A DNA stretch of 64,000 nucleotides. It comes from an uncultured Candidatus Rokubacteria bacterium (GTDB taxonomy: Bacteria; Methylomirabilota; Methylomirabilia; Rokubacteriales; CSP1-6). The notes under the pieces were generated by a model. The model made no database searches. It was not told where the DNA came from and was given only the letters and a program-made list of their open reading frames with translations. Position 1 is the stretch's first letter. Each line of letters opens with the position of its first letter. A program made the position numbers and the translations under genes. Location of the stretch: assembly GCA_963762145.1 (NCBI GenBank), contig CAVXJS010000015.1:336256-400255 (forward strand), read 5' to 3'. Positions 1 through 9,978 of this stretch are shown piece by piece.

Positions 1-423
1 GGCCAGGGAGGAGGCGCCGTCGTAGATCGAGGCGTTGGCCACGTCCATGCCGGTCAGCTCCGCCATCATGGTCTGGTACTCGAAGATCGAGCGGAGCGTG
101 CCCTGGCTGGCCTCCGGCTGGTACGGGGTGTAGGCGGTGAAGAACTCGCCGCGCGAGATCAGGTGGTTGATCGGGCTCGGGATCGCGTGATCGTAGGAGC
201 CGGCCCCGAGGAAGCAGGCGTGGTCGTCCGCGCCCGCGTTGAGCGCGGCGATGCGCTGAAGATGCCGGATCAGGTCGGTCTCGGCCATCGCGCTCGGCAG
301 GTTGAGGGGCCGCGACAGCCGCGCCTTGGTCGGGATGCGGACCAGCAGATCCTCGATCGAGCCGGCGCCGATGACGCCCAGCATCTCCTTCTGCTGGGCC
401 GCCGTGTTGGAGATGTAGCGCAT
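1..423 (-). CDS. gcvPA: Glycine dehydrogenase (glycine cleavage P protein) subunit 1, N-terminal part; runs off the window edge
   Basis: Manual translation from ATG at 423: MRYISNT...FLGAGSYDH...RGEFFTAYTPYQPEASQGTLRSIFEYQTMMAELTGMDVANASIYDG; directly follows gcvH. Confidence 0.95.
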   Translation of the reverse strand, partial: MRYISNTAAQQKEMLGVIGAGSIEDLLVRIPTKARLSRPLNLPSAMAETDLIRHLQRIAALNAGADDHACFLGAGSYDHAIPSPINHLISRGEFFTAYTPYQPEASQGTLRSIFEYQTMMAELTGMDVANASIYDGASSLA

Positions 424-424
424 G

Positions 425-817
425 CTAGTGCCCACCGCCCGCGGTGAGCTTCTCGTAGTCCGCGGCGCTCATGAGGCCGTCCACGTCCTTGGGATTGGCC
501 ATCCGGATGATGAGCATCCAGCCCTTCCCGTAGGGGTCGGTGTTCACGAGCTCGGGCTGCTTCGGCAGCTCCCCGTTGACCTCCACCACCTCGCCCGAGA
601 CCGGCGCGAAGAGATCGGAGACCGCCTTGACGGACTCGACCACTCCGAACGTCTTCATGGCCGTGACCTTCGCGCCCACCTTGGGCAGCTCGACGAAGAC
701 CACGTCGCCGAGCTGCTCCTGGGCGAAGGCGGTGATGCCGATGCGGGCGCGGTCACCCTCCACCTTGGCCCATTCGTGCTCGCGGGTGTACCTGAGCTCA
801 GCGGGAACGTTCGCCAT
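425..817 (-). CDS. gcvH: Glycine cleavage system H protein
   Basis: [26 protein letters not shown], lipoyl-lysine motif [16 protein letters not shown]. Confidence 0.97.
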   Translation of the reverse strand: MANVPAELRYTREHEWAKVEGDRARIGITAFAQEQLGDVVFVELPKVGAKVTAMKTFGVVESVKAVSDLFAPVSGEVVEVNGELPKQPELVNTDPYGKGWMLIIRMANPKDVDGLMSAADYEKLTAGGGH

Positions 818-829
818 CGACGCTCTCTC

Positions 830-1952
830 CTAGGTCTTCTTGGTGTGCGAGGGATGGAAGGGGGTCTTGACCACGCGGGCGGCGTGCTCCGCCCCCCGGA
901 TCTCCACCGCCAGCTCGCTGCCGACCGCGGACATCGCCGAGGGGACGTAGCCGATCCCGATCGAGCGCTCCACCGACGGGCCGAACGAGCCCGAGGTGAC
1001 CACGCCCACCGGCGCGCCGCCCGACATGAGCCGGTAGCCGTGCCGGGGTACCGCCCGCTCCGCCATCTCGAAGCCGACCAGCTTGCGGGCGACCCCGCGC
1101 GCGCGGAGCGCCTCGATGGCCTCGCGGCCGATGAACTCGCCCTTGGCGGGCTTGACCACCCAGCCGAGCCCCGCCTCGAGCGGGTTCGTGGTCTGGTCGA
1201 TGTCGTTGCCGTAGAGCGCGTACTTCATCTCGAGGCGCAGCGTGTCGCGGGCCCCCAGCCCGATCGGCTGGATGCCGTCCGCACGGCCCCCCTCGATCAG
1301 GGCGGCCCAGAGACGCTCGGCCCCGCCCGCGGCGACGTAGAGCTCGAAGCCGTCCTCGCCGGTGTAGCCGGTGCGGGAGATGATCGCGGGCACGCCCGCC
1401 ACCGCCCCGCGGACGAAGTGGTAGTACGCGACGCCGGTCACGTCGCGATCGGCCAGGCGGCCCACCAGCGCCTCCGCCTTCGGACCCTGCACCGCGAGCA
1501 GCGCGGTCTCGTCGCTCACGTTCTTCCACTCGGCGCGGCCGACGCTGTGCGAGGTGACCCACGACCAGTCCTTGTCGATGTTGGAGGCGTTGACCACGAG
1601 CATGTAGTGGTCGTCGGCCAGCCGATACACCGTCAGGTCGTCCACGATGCCGCCTTCCGGGTAGCAGAGGGCCGCGTACTGGACCTGGCCGAGCTCGAGG
1701 GTCCGCGCGTCGTTGGTGCACAGGCGCTGGATCGCCGCGAGCGCGTCGGGACCGCGCACCTCGAACTCGCCCATGTGGCTGATGTCGAAGAGGCCGACTC
1801 GCGCGGCGTACCGCGCGGTGCTCCTCGATGATCCCGCTGTACTGCACCGGCATGTCCCAGCCGCCGAAGGGAACCATCTTCGCGCCCGCCTTGACGTGAA
1901 CGTCGCGGAGCGGGGTGCGCTTGAGCGGGGAAGACGCGGTGGTGTCCGTCAT
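830..1952 (-). CDS. gcvT: Glycine cleavage system T protein (aminomethyltransferase); frameshift near 1795-1810
   Basis: N-terminus LKRTPL...[20 protein letters not shown] joins frame with HMGEFEV...[12 protein letters not shown]...[11 protein letters not shown]. Confidence 0.95.
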
Positions 1953-1976
1953 CTGGCTGCCCGGGGCGCCCTCATC

Positions 1977-2408
1977 TTAATGGATGGCCTCCGGCGTGGC
2001 AACGATCCGGTAGCCGCGGCTCTCCATGCAGGCGATCCACGCACGCTCGAAGGGGGAGCTCCCGCGGGCGCTCAGCGCGAGGCCGCCGATTCCCCCCGCG
2101 CCTGCGCCCGCGATGAGACCATCGCTCGCCGTCGAGGCGGTGGTGGCGGGCAACCCCGTGATCAGCCCGCCGACCGCGGCGCCCGCCGCGCCGAGCGTGA
2201 AGACGCGGCGCAGGGTATTGGCCAGCGGCGAGTCTTCGCCGTTGTAGTCGAGGCGGTAGCCCACCTCGGCCTTGCAGTCGGCGACGTCGAGGCGGTGCTG
2301 TGTCGGAGTCTGCTCCCGGGTCGCGGCCACCTCCGGCATCCGGGTCACCGCGCAGCCGGCGACCAGGACCGCGGCGGTCAGCGCGAGGGCGGCGCGGCCG
2401 GTCGTCAT
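1977..2408 (-). CDS. Putative glycine-zipper lipoprotein, 143 aa
   Basis: ATG at 2408 overlaps the pxpA stop (ATGA); lipobox VAGC; GxxxG zippers GAAGAAVGG and GAGAGGIGG; Cys pair DC...CMESRGY. Confidence 0.7.
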   Translation of the reverse strand: MTTGRAALALTAAVLVAGCAVTRMPEVAATREQTPTQHRLDVADCKAEVGYRLDYNGEDSPLANTLRRVFTLGAAGAAVGGLITGLPATTASTASDGLIAGAGAGGIGGLALSARGSSPFERAWIACMESRGYRIVATPEAIH

Positions 2409-3229
2409 CGGGCGGGCAGCCAGTCGCGCAGCGGCTTCACCTGGCAGCCCGCCTTCTCCAGCGCTTCCCGCACCGTGCGCACGATGCGCTCCGCCCCCGG
2501 GGTATCGCCGTGGCAGCAGATGGTCTGGACCGAGATGTCGATCTCCACCCCGTCCATGGTGCGGACCTTGCCCCGCATCGCCATCTCCACCGCCTGCGCG
2601 GCGGCCTTGACCGGGTCGGTGATCAGCGAGCCCGCGATCTTGCGGGAGACGAGCGTGCCGTCCACGTTGTAGGCGCGGTCCGCGAAGCCCTCCGAGGCCA
2701 CGCGCGCGCCCATCTTGCGACAGGTGGCGTCGTAGCGTCCGGACGCGAGCGTCATCAGGATCAGGCCCGAGTCCATCGCGGACTGCCCGGCCGCGGTGGC
2801 GAGCGCCTCGTCGGCCTCCATCATGTTGTAGAGGATGCCGTGAGGCTTCATGTGCTGCAGCTCGGATCCCGCCGCCCGCGCGATCTCGCGCAGCGCGCCG
2901 GTCTGGTAGCAGAGGTAGTCCTGCAGCTCGCGCTGGTCCACGTCCATCTTCCGCCGCCCGAAGCCCATGAGATCGGGCAGCGAGGGGTGTGCGCCGAGGG
3001 CGACCCGGTTCGCCAGCGCCAGCTCCACCGTGCGGCGCATGATGTGCGGGTCGCCCCCGTGGAAGCCGCACGCCACGTTGGCGGAGCTGATGAACGGCAT
3101 GATGGCCTCGTCGGCGCCGAGCGTCCAGCGCCCGTACGACTCGCCCATGTCGCAGTTGAGGTCGATGGTCTTGCGAGCCGCAGCCGAAGGCGAGGCGAGC
3201 GCATTTGAAAGAGGGGCGACGGTGGTCAT
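2405..3229 (-). CDS. pxpA: 5-oxoprolinase subunit A (LamB/YcsF family)
   Basis: IDLNCDMGESYG, SANVACGFHGGDP, GAHPSLPDL.GFGRR, HMKPHG.LYN, EGFADRAY, TICCHGDTPGA. Confidence 0.93.
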   Translation of the reverse strand: MTTVAPLSNALASPSAAARKTIDLNCDMGESYGRWTLGADEAIMPFISSANVACGFHGGDPHIMRRTVELALANRVALGAHPSLPDLMGFGRRKMDVDQRELQDYLCYQTGALREIARAAGSELQHMKPHGILYNMMEADEALATAAGQSAMDSGLILMTLASGRYDATCRKMGARVASEGFADRAYNVDGTLVSRKIAGSLITDPVKAAAQAVEMAMRGKVRTMDGVEIDISVQTICCHGDTPGAERIVRTVREALEKAGCQVKPLRDWLPAR

Positions 3230-3233
3230 GGCG

Positions 3234-4554
3234 CTACTCGAGCACCCGGCCCAAGGTTTCGACGAAGCGGTCCACGTCGGCGTCGGTCATGGCCAGCGAG
3301 CAGGCGCCGAGCCCGCGTTGCGAGAGCAGGACGCCCTCGTTGACCAGGCCCAGGAACGTGCGCGCCGACGCCTTGGGATCCTCGGGACGGGCGGAGCGAT
3401 AGTCGCTGAGCTTCTTCTTGGTGTGGTGGAGCCAGAAGAGCGAGCCGGTGCCGGTGATCTGGCCCGCGTAGCCCTTCTTGCGCAGCACGCGCCGCACCCC
3501 GTCGCGCAGCCGGTCTCCGAGTGCCTCGAGACGCGCATACGCGTCGGGCGTGAGCTGCTCCATGGTCGCGATGCCGCCCGCCATCGTGAGCGGGTTGGCG
3601 TTGAAGGTGCCGCCGTGGTTGATCCGCCCCTTGCCGTCGCGCGGGTCGTAGTAGTTCATGACGTCGGCGCGGCCGCCGAAGGCGCCGACCGCGAGGCCGC
3701 CGCCGATGATCTTGCCGAGGGTCGTGAGGTCCGGCCGGATGTTGAAGCGCTCCTGGGCGCCGCCCGCGGCCGATGCGGAACGAGATGACCTCGTCGAAGA
3801 TCAGGAGGATGTCCAGGCGCTGGGTGACCTCGCGCAGCTTCTCGAGGAATCCCTCGCGCGCCGGGATCATGCCCGCGTTGGCGAGCAGCGGATCGATGAT
3901 CAGCGCCGCGACGTCGCTCCCCTGCTTCTCGAGGATCTTCTCGCAGGCGTCCGCGTCGTTCCACGGCAGCGTGACCACGTGCTTCAGCACCATCGGGGGC
4001 ACGCCCGAGGACCACGCGACCGACTTCGGCCGCTTGCGCGAGCCCGCGGTAGCCGGATCCGGCGCCACGCTCACCAGCACCCAGTCGTGGGTGCCGTGGT
4101 AGGCGCCTTCGAACTTGGCGATCTTGGACTTGCCGGTGAAGGCGCGCGCGACGCGCACCGCGTGCATGGTGGCCTCGGTGCCCGAGTTGGCGAATCGCAC
4201 GACCTCCATGCCTGGGATGCGCGTGGTGAGGATCTCGGCGAGCCGGATCTCGTGCTCGCTCGGGCCCGGGAACGACATGCCGTGCACCGCCGCGTCCTGG
4301 ATCGCCTTCACCACCTGCGGGTTGGCGTGGCCCAGGATCAGGCTGGTGTAGTTGCCGTTGAAGTCGAGCCGCTCGTGCCCGTCGGCGTCCCAGATCCGCG
4401 CGCCCTCGCCGCGGGTGATGTAGAACGGGTACGGGTCGAAGAAGGTGGTCGTCCGGCTGTTGCCGCCCGGCATCACCCGCAGGGCTTCCTCGAAGAGCTG
4501 GCGGGAGCGGGGGGTCTTGGCCTGGTAGTCGGTGACGGCGCGCTCGAGAGACAT
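3234..4554 (-). CDS. Class III PLP aminotransferase (glutamate-1-semialdehyde aminomutase-like); frameshift near 3770
   Basis: MPGGNSR, ANSGTEATM, KFEGAYHG, LIFDEVISFR, LGKIIGGG, HGGTFNANP across two frames. Confidence 0.88.
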
Positions 4555-4578
4555 GGCGTTCCTCCCTGGATCCGGTGA

Positions 4579-5510
4579 CTATTCGATTGCGGTGTCCAGC
4601 GCCCGCAGGCTCTGCCGCAGCATCGCATGAGCCTCGGCCACTGTCACGCGGCGGAAATGGAGCCGCCCGCCCGGGCTTGACCTGGGCGATCCGGCCGATG
4701 TGGAAGGAGCAGATCGTGCCGATCTTCGTGTATCCCCCGGTGGATTGCCGGTCGGCCAGCAGCACGATGGGCTGGCCGTCGCCGATCACCTGGATGCCGC
4801 CCAGCGCCACGCCGTCGGAGATGATGTCGTGGCCGCGGGTGTGCTCGATGATCGCGCCCCGCAGCCGTGCGCCCATGCGGTCGTTCTGGGGCAGCATCTC
4901 GTAGGGCGCCTCGAAGAGGGCGGCGACGCCCTTCGGCGTGAAGCGGTCGTCCTGCGGACCCAGCACCACCGCCAGCTCGGGGTCGGCGCCCGTAGGCGGG
5001 GACGCGGTCCGGATGCAGCCGGTGCGGCCGCGCCGCGCCCGCGGGGCCCAGCGGCAGCCGGTCGGCCTTGCGCAGCGCGCGGCCCTCGAGACCGCCCAGC
5101 CGGCCGCGCACGTAGGTCGAGCGCGAGCCCAGCACCGGCGGCGTCTGGATGCCGCCCGCGATGGCCACGTAGGCGCGCACGCCGCTGCGCGCGGGGCCGA
5201 GCTTCAGCACGTCGCCCGCGTGCACGCGCAGCCCCTGCCAGGCGGGCACCGGGGCCCCGTTGACGGTGGGCGCCATGTCGGCGCCGGTGATCGCGACCAG
5301 GCGGTCGTCGGTGAACTCCACCCGCGGGCCGATCAGCGTGCACTCGAGCCCGGCCGCGGTGTCCGGATTGGCGATCAGGCGGTTGGCGAGGAGGAAGGCC
5401 TCGCGGTCCATCGGCCCCGAGGCCGGGATGCCCACGCGGAGATGGCCGGGCCGGCCCAGATCCTGGATGGTGGTGAGCGGGCCCGCGTCCTGGACGAGCA
5501 GGTCGCTCAT
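4579..5510 (-). CDS. pxpC: 5-oxoprolinase subunit C (carboxyltransferase-like); frameshifts near 4990 and 4670
   Basis: TTIQDLGRPG, G.P.SGPMD, GSRSTY, GPQDDRF, DRMGARL, GQPIVLLADRQSTGGY. Confidence 0.9.
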
Positions 5511-6254
5511 GACGTCGGTGGAGGGCCGGGATCCGGGGCACGTAGCGGCCGGCGTCCACCAGCGGCCGCGATCGCGTCGTACTCGGCGCGGTCGACCGGG
5601 CGGAAGCGCACGTGGTCGCCCGCGCGGAGCAGGATCGGATCCGGCGCGGTCGGATCGTAGATGCGGCACCGGCGTGCGGCCGAGCACCCAGAAGCCGCCC
5701 GGGCTCTCCACCGAGTAGATGCAGCACTGCACGCCGCCGATGCTCACGCTGCCGGGAGGCGTCTTCACGCGCGGGTTCGTCAGGCGCGGGATCGTCAGGC
5801 GCTCGGGCATGCCGGTCATGTACGGGAGCCCGGGGGTGAAGCCGACGAAGTAGACGTAGTAGTCGGCCTCCGCGTGCAGGCGTGCCATCTCGTCGGGGGC
5901 GAGCCCGAGCTTGGCCGCGGCCGCCTCCAGCTCGAAGCCCAGCTCGCCGCCGTAGCAGCACGGCAGCTCCACGGTGCGGACCGGCGGCAGCACCTCGGGA
6001 CGCGCCTCGGCCAGCGAGCGCGCGCAGCGTGGCGGTCAGCTCCTCGTAGCCGACCACCAGCGGGTCGTAGTAGACGAGCAGGGCGCGGTAGCTGGGAACC
6101 GTCTCGCCGACACCCGGGCACGCGCTTCTGCTGCGAGCAGGTACTCGAGCGCCAGGATGCGGGCGTTGATGTCCCGGGTGATCTCGTCGCCCAGCTCGAC
6201 CGAGAGGGCGCGATCCCCGCAGGCGAGGAACCGCGGCTCGGACCAGATCGTCAC
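5507..6254 (-). CDS. pxpB: 5-oxoprolinase subunit B (KipI family); several frameshifts
   Basis: GDRALSVELG, VPSYRALLVYYDP, VYFVGFTPGLPY, PRVKTPPGSVSIGG, SPGGFWVLGRTP. Confidence 0.88.
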
Positions 6255-6267
6255 CGGGCGGGAGGGA

Positions 6268-7057
6268 TCAGATTGCGGCGAGCGTGTGGTTCGGCAGATC
6301 GGTGATGAACATGTGCCCCGGGCTGTGGGTGATCATGAACGCGGGCTTCGAGGCCAGCGCCACCGCCTGCGGCGTCACCCCGCAGGCCCAGAACACCGGC
6401 ACCTCGCCCGCGCGAACGCCCACCGAGTCGCCCCAGTCGGGCTTGTCGACGTCGGCGATGCCGAGGGCCGCCGGGTCGCCGATGTGCACGGGGGCGCCGT
6501 GGGCGCCGGGGAAGCGCGCCGAGGCGGTCACCGCCTTCGAGACGAGCCCGGTCGGGATCGGCCGCATCGAGACGACCATGGGCCCGTGGAACTGGCCGGC
6601 GGGCCGGCACGCCACGGAGGTCTTCCACATCGCCACGTTCTTGCCCTCGTCGATGTGGCGCATCGGGATGCCGGCGTCGAGCAGCGCCCACTCGAAGGTG
6701 AACGAGCAGCCGAGCAGGAAGGCGACCGAGGTCGTCGCGCCAGAACGGGGTCACGTCGGTGACCTCGTCGGCGAGCACGCCGTCCTTGTAGATGCGGTAC
6801 CGGGGAATGTCCGTGCGCAGGTCGGCCCCCGGGGCCACCCCCACCGGCTCGGGCGAGCCCACGTCGGTCACCTCGATCAGGGGGCAGGGCCGCGGGTTGC
6901 GCTGGCAGAAGAGCAGGAAGTCGTACGCCTGCTCCTTCGGCAGCACCGCGAGGTTGGCCTGCACGAAGCCGGGCGCGAGCCCGGCGGTCACGCTCCTGAG
7001 CCGCCCGGCCCGGATGTCGGCCCGGATCTCCTTCGGATGGCGCGCGTCGATCGGCAT
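6268..7057 (-). CDS. Putative hydro-lyase / D-glutamate cyclase family (DUF1445, YcsI-like); frameshift near 6730
   Basis: [77 protein letters not shown]. Confidence 0.9.
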
Positions 7058-7081
7058 CGGTGGTGTCTCCCGTCGTCCAGT

Positions 7082-8062
7082 CTACTTGAGGTGCGCGAGC
7101 CGGGGCCAGAGATCGGCGTTGGCGAGCACGTGCGGCTTCTCCCCGCGCAGCACGCGGAGCATCTCGGCGGTCACCTGCAGCGCCATCCCGCGCATCGTCT
7201 CCCGCGTCACTCCCGCGATGTGGGGCGAGACGATCACGTTCTCGAGCTGGAAGAGCCGGTTGTCGGAGGACGCGGGCTCCTCCTCGAAGACGTCGATGCC
7301 CGCCGCGCGGATCTTGCCGCTCTCGAGCCCGGCGACGAGCGCGTCCTCGTCCTGGGTCTTGCCCCGGGAGGTATTCACGAAGATCACGCCGTCCTTCATC
7401 TGGGCCACCGCGGCGGCGTCGATCATGTGATGCGATTCCTTGGTGTGCGGCGTGTGGCACGTCACCACGTCGGCCTGGCGCAGCACCGAGGCCATGTCGG
7501 GCATCGGCTCGACCCCGCGGTTGCGCACCTCGTCCGCGGGCACGTACTTGTCGTAGCCGATCACCCGCATGCCGAGGGCGGCCGCGGTCCGGGCCACCCG
7601 CCGGCCGATGTTGCCGACGCCGATGATGCCGAGCGTCTTGCCGTTCATCTCGAGCATGCCTTCCCAGCGGGCCTTGCCCCAGTCGGCCTTCCGCGTGCGC
7701 TGGTCCACCACCACCGCCTGCTTGGCGCACGCCAGCATGAGCATGATCGCGTGCTCGGCCACCGAGTTCGAGTTGGAGCCGGGCGCGTGCACCACCGCGA
7801 CCCCGAGGTCGGTGGCGGCGGGCAGGTCCACGATGTCGAGGCCGACGCCGTGGCGTCCGACCACCTTCAGCTTCGGGCAGGCAGCCATCAAGCTCCGGGT
7901 GCAATCCGGCTTGAGCCGGAACAGGATGCCCTCGGCCTCCTTGGCCGCCTCGATCATGCCGGCCTCGGTCTCGGCGTTGGTGACGACGACCCGGGCTTCC
8001 GCCTCCAGTTGCTTCATCCCATCCGCGTGGATGGGCCCACCGAGCACCACGAGCGGTTTCAT
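7082..8062 (-). CDS. D-isomer-specific 2-hydroxyacid dehydrogenase (SerA-like, no ACT domain)
   Basis: GRHGVGLD, SVAEHA, Rossmann GIIGVGNIG, VNTSRG, DVFEEEP, SPHIAG. Confidence 0.9.
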   Translation of the reverse strand: MKPLVVLGGPIHADGMKQLEAEARVVVTNAETEAGMIEAAKEAEGILFRLKPDCTRSLMAACPKLKVVGRHGVGLDIVDLPAATDLGVAVVHAPGSNSNSVAEHAIMLMLACAKQAVVVDQRTRKADWGKARWEGMLEMNGKTLGIIGVGNIGRRVARTAAALGMRVIGYDKYVPADEVRNRGVEPMPDMASVLRQADVVTCHTPHTKESHHMIDAAAVAQMKDGVIFVNTSRGKTQDEDALVAGLESGKIRAAGIDVFEEEPASSDNRLFQLENVIVSPHIAGVTRETMRGMALQVTAEMLRVLRGEKPHVLANADLWPRLAHLK

Positions 8063-8069
8063 GGCGCGC

Positions 8070-8075
8070 ATTATA
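8070..8075 (-). promoter_or_regulatory. Perfect -10 box TATAAT 7 nt before the dehydrogenase ATG (likely leaderless transcript)
   Basis: Minus strand reads TATAAT-gcgcgcc-ATG; no SD sequence. Confidence 0.55.
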
Positions 8076-8078
8076 ACC

Positions 8079-8094
8079 TGGCACGGACGTTGCC
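8079..8094 (+). promoter_or_regulatory. Sigma-54 (-24/-12) promoter upstream of udgX
   Basis: TGGCACGGACGTTGCC matches TGGCAC-N5-TTGC with exact GG-N10-GC spacing. Confidence 0.75.
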
Positions 8095-8119
8095 GGGGAT
8101 CATGAGCCGGAGCCCATTC

Positions 8120-8770
8120 ATGGACCCGAAGCGCCTCGCGCCGACGCTCGACGCCTTGCGCCGCCGTGCCGCCGATTGCACGGCGTGCGACCTCTACAAG
8201 CGCGCCACCCAGACCGTCTTCGGCGAGGGACCGGCACGCGCGCCCATCGTGATCGTGGGTGAGCAGCCCGGGAACGAGGAAGACCTCGCGGGCCGGCCGT
8301 TCGTGGGACCGGCCGGGCGTCTCCTCGACCAGGCCCTGGCCGAGGCCGAGCTCGACCGCCGGCGGGTCTACGTCACGAACGCGGTCAAGCACTTCAAGTG
8401 GAAGGCGACGTCCGGTGGCAAGCGCCGCATTCACGAGCGCCCGCGCCCGGAGGAGGTGGAGGCGTGCCACCCGTGGTTCGAGCAGGAGCTCTGGCTGATC
8501 CGGCCGGCGGTCCTGATCTGTCTGGGCGTGACCGCCGCCCAGGCCGTGCTCCGGCGTCGCGTCACCATCCGGGACGCGCGCGGGCACGCTCTCGTGTCAC
8601 CGCAGGGCATCCCCACCTTCGTCACCATCCATCCCTCGGCGATCCTGCGGGTCCCGGACCGTGACTCACGCGAGGCCGAGCTTCACCGGCTGGCGAGTGA
8701 TCTGCGACGCGCCGCCGCCCGCGCCCGGAACCGACGCGTTTTGCGCGCCGTGGAAGAAACGACCCGGTAG
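8120..8770 (+). CDS. udgX: UdgX-type family-4 uracil-DNA glycosylase / uracil-DNA binding protein with 4Fe-4S cluster
   Basis: CxxC (CTAC), VGEQPG, TNAVKHFK, R-loop GKRRIH, HPSAILR; GGAG SD before ATG 8120. Confidence 0.88.
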   Translation: MDPKRLAPTLDALRRRAADCTACDLYKRATQTVFGEGPARAPIVIVGEQPGNEEDLAGRPFVGPAGRLLDQALAEAELDRRRVYVTNAVKHFKWKATSGGKRRIHERPRPEEVEACHPWFEQELWLIRPAVLICLGVTAAQAVLRRRVTIRDARGHALVSPQGIPTFVTIHPSAILRVPDRDSREAELHRLASDLRRAAARARNRRVLRAVEETTR

Positions 8771-8863
8771 AAGTTCCTGTCGGCTCCGGCGCCCGCGAGG
8801 GCGCGGCGGCACCCGAGGCGGCGAAACATTGAGGTTCACGCGCGGCCCCGCCCGTCCTCCCGC

Positions 8864-8879
8864 TGGCACGTCGCTTGAA
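8864..8879 (+). promoter_or_regulatory. Probable sigma-54 promoter upstream of the nucleotidyltransferase
   Basis: TGGCACGTCGCTTGAA: perfect -24 element, -12 variant TTGA, correct spacing. Confidence 0.6.
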
Positions 8880-8950
8880 CTCTCGGCGCGGCCACGCATT
8901 CAACGAGCCACTCGAAAACGACCGAGCCCGAGCGGGCCGGAGGAGCCGGC

Positions 8951-9940
8951 ATGAAGGAAGAGACGGCACTGGCAGATGGGCAGGAGGACGGACAGGTATC
9001 CCCGCGGCCGGAAGCACAGCACTGCTGGGCGGTGATCCTGGCCGGAGGCGAAGGCATGCGCCTTCGCCCGCTGGTCCGCCAGGTATGCGGCGCCGATCGG
9101 CCGAAGCAGTACGTGCGCCTCCTCGGCCCACGCACCCTGCTCGGCCAGACCCTGGACCGGGTCTCGCTCGCCTTACCGGAGGAGCGGACCCTGGTCGTCA
9201 CCGTGCGGCGACATGCCGGTTACATCGCCGAGGAGTTCTCCAACGGCTCTCGCCCTCGCATCCTGGCTCAGCCGCTCGATCGGGGTACCGCCGCCGGCGT
9301 GCTCTACCCCGCGCACTGGATTGCGTGGCGGAACCCGGAGGCGACGGTGGCCATCTTCCCGTCCGATCACTTCTTGCTCGGCGACGCGGCCTTCATGGCC
9401 CACGTTGCGGAAGTGACCGGCTGGGTCGAGAAGAATCCGGAGCGGCTCGTCCTGCTCGGCGCGCAGCCGACGTCGCCCGAAGTGGAGTATGGGTGGATCG
9501 AGCCCGACGGGGTGCTGGGGGATCTGTCCACCGGCGCGGTCCGGGGCGTCCGGCAGTTCTGGGAGAAGCCGTCGGTCGCGCGCGCCCGCGCGTGCCTGGC
9601 GGCCGGACACCTGTGGAACACGTCGGTCCTGGTCGGCAAGGTGGCCACATTGCTGCAGATCGGCTGGCAGGCGCTTCCCGAGCTGAGCGATCGGCTCGCC
9701 CACATCGAGCCGTTCGTGGGCACGAGCGACGAGGCCGAAGCGGTCCGTCAAGCCTACGAGCTGATGCCCCGAGCCAACTTCTCGAAGAACGTCCTGGAAG
9801 TGTGCCCGGATGCCCTCGCGGTGTCGCGACTACCGCGCGTCGTGTGGTCCGATCTGGGCAGTCCCCACCGGGTCATGGAGGCGGTCACCCGGATGCGGAT
9901 TCGCCCGGAGTGGGCCGAAACCCTGGCGCCGTCGGCCTGA
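8951..9940 (+). CDS. Mannose-1-phosphate guanylyltransferase-like sugar-phosphate nucleotidyltransferase (no cupin/PMI domain)
   Basis: ILAGGEGMRL, PKQY, FPSDH, EYGWI, FWEKP, WSDLGS; SD AGGAG. Confidence 0.85.
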   Translation: MKEETALADGQEDGQVSPRPEAQHCWAVILAGGEGMRLRPLVRQVCGADRPKQYVRLLGPRTLLGQTLDRVSLALPEERTLVVTVRRHAGYIAEEFSNGSRPRILAQPLDRGTAAGVLYPAHWIAWRNPEATVAIFPSDHFLLGDAAFMAHVAEVTGWVEKNPERLVLLGAQPTSPEVEYGWIEPDGVLGDLSTGAVRGVRQFWEKPSVARARACLAAGHLWNTSVLVGKVATLLQIGWQALPELSDRLAHIEPFVGTSDEAEAVRQAYELMPRANFSKNVLEVCPDALAVSRLPRVVWSDLGSPHRVMEAVTRMRIRPEWAETLAPSA

Positions 9941-9946
9941 GCCGTG

Positions 9947-9978
9947 CGTCGCCTCGGCCGATTCAGGCCGAGGCGACG
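9947..9978. terminator. 13-bp perfect inverted repeat at a convergent gene junction
   Basis: CGTCGCCTCGGCC-gattca-GGCCGAGGCGACG; no U-tract; right arm lies inside the next gene's 3' end. Confidence 0.5.

Noticed and set aside
1953-1976. Glycine riboswitch upstream of gcvT
   Set aside because: Only about 24 nt of intergenic space.
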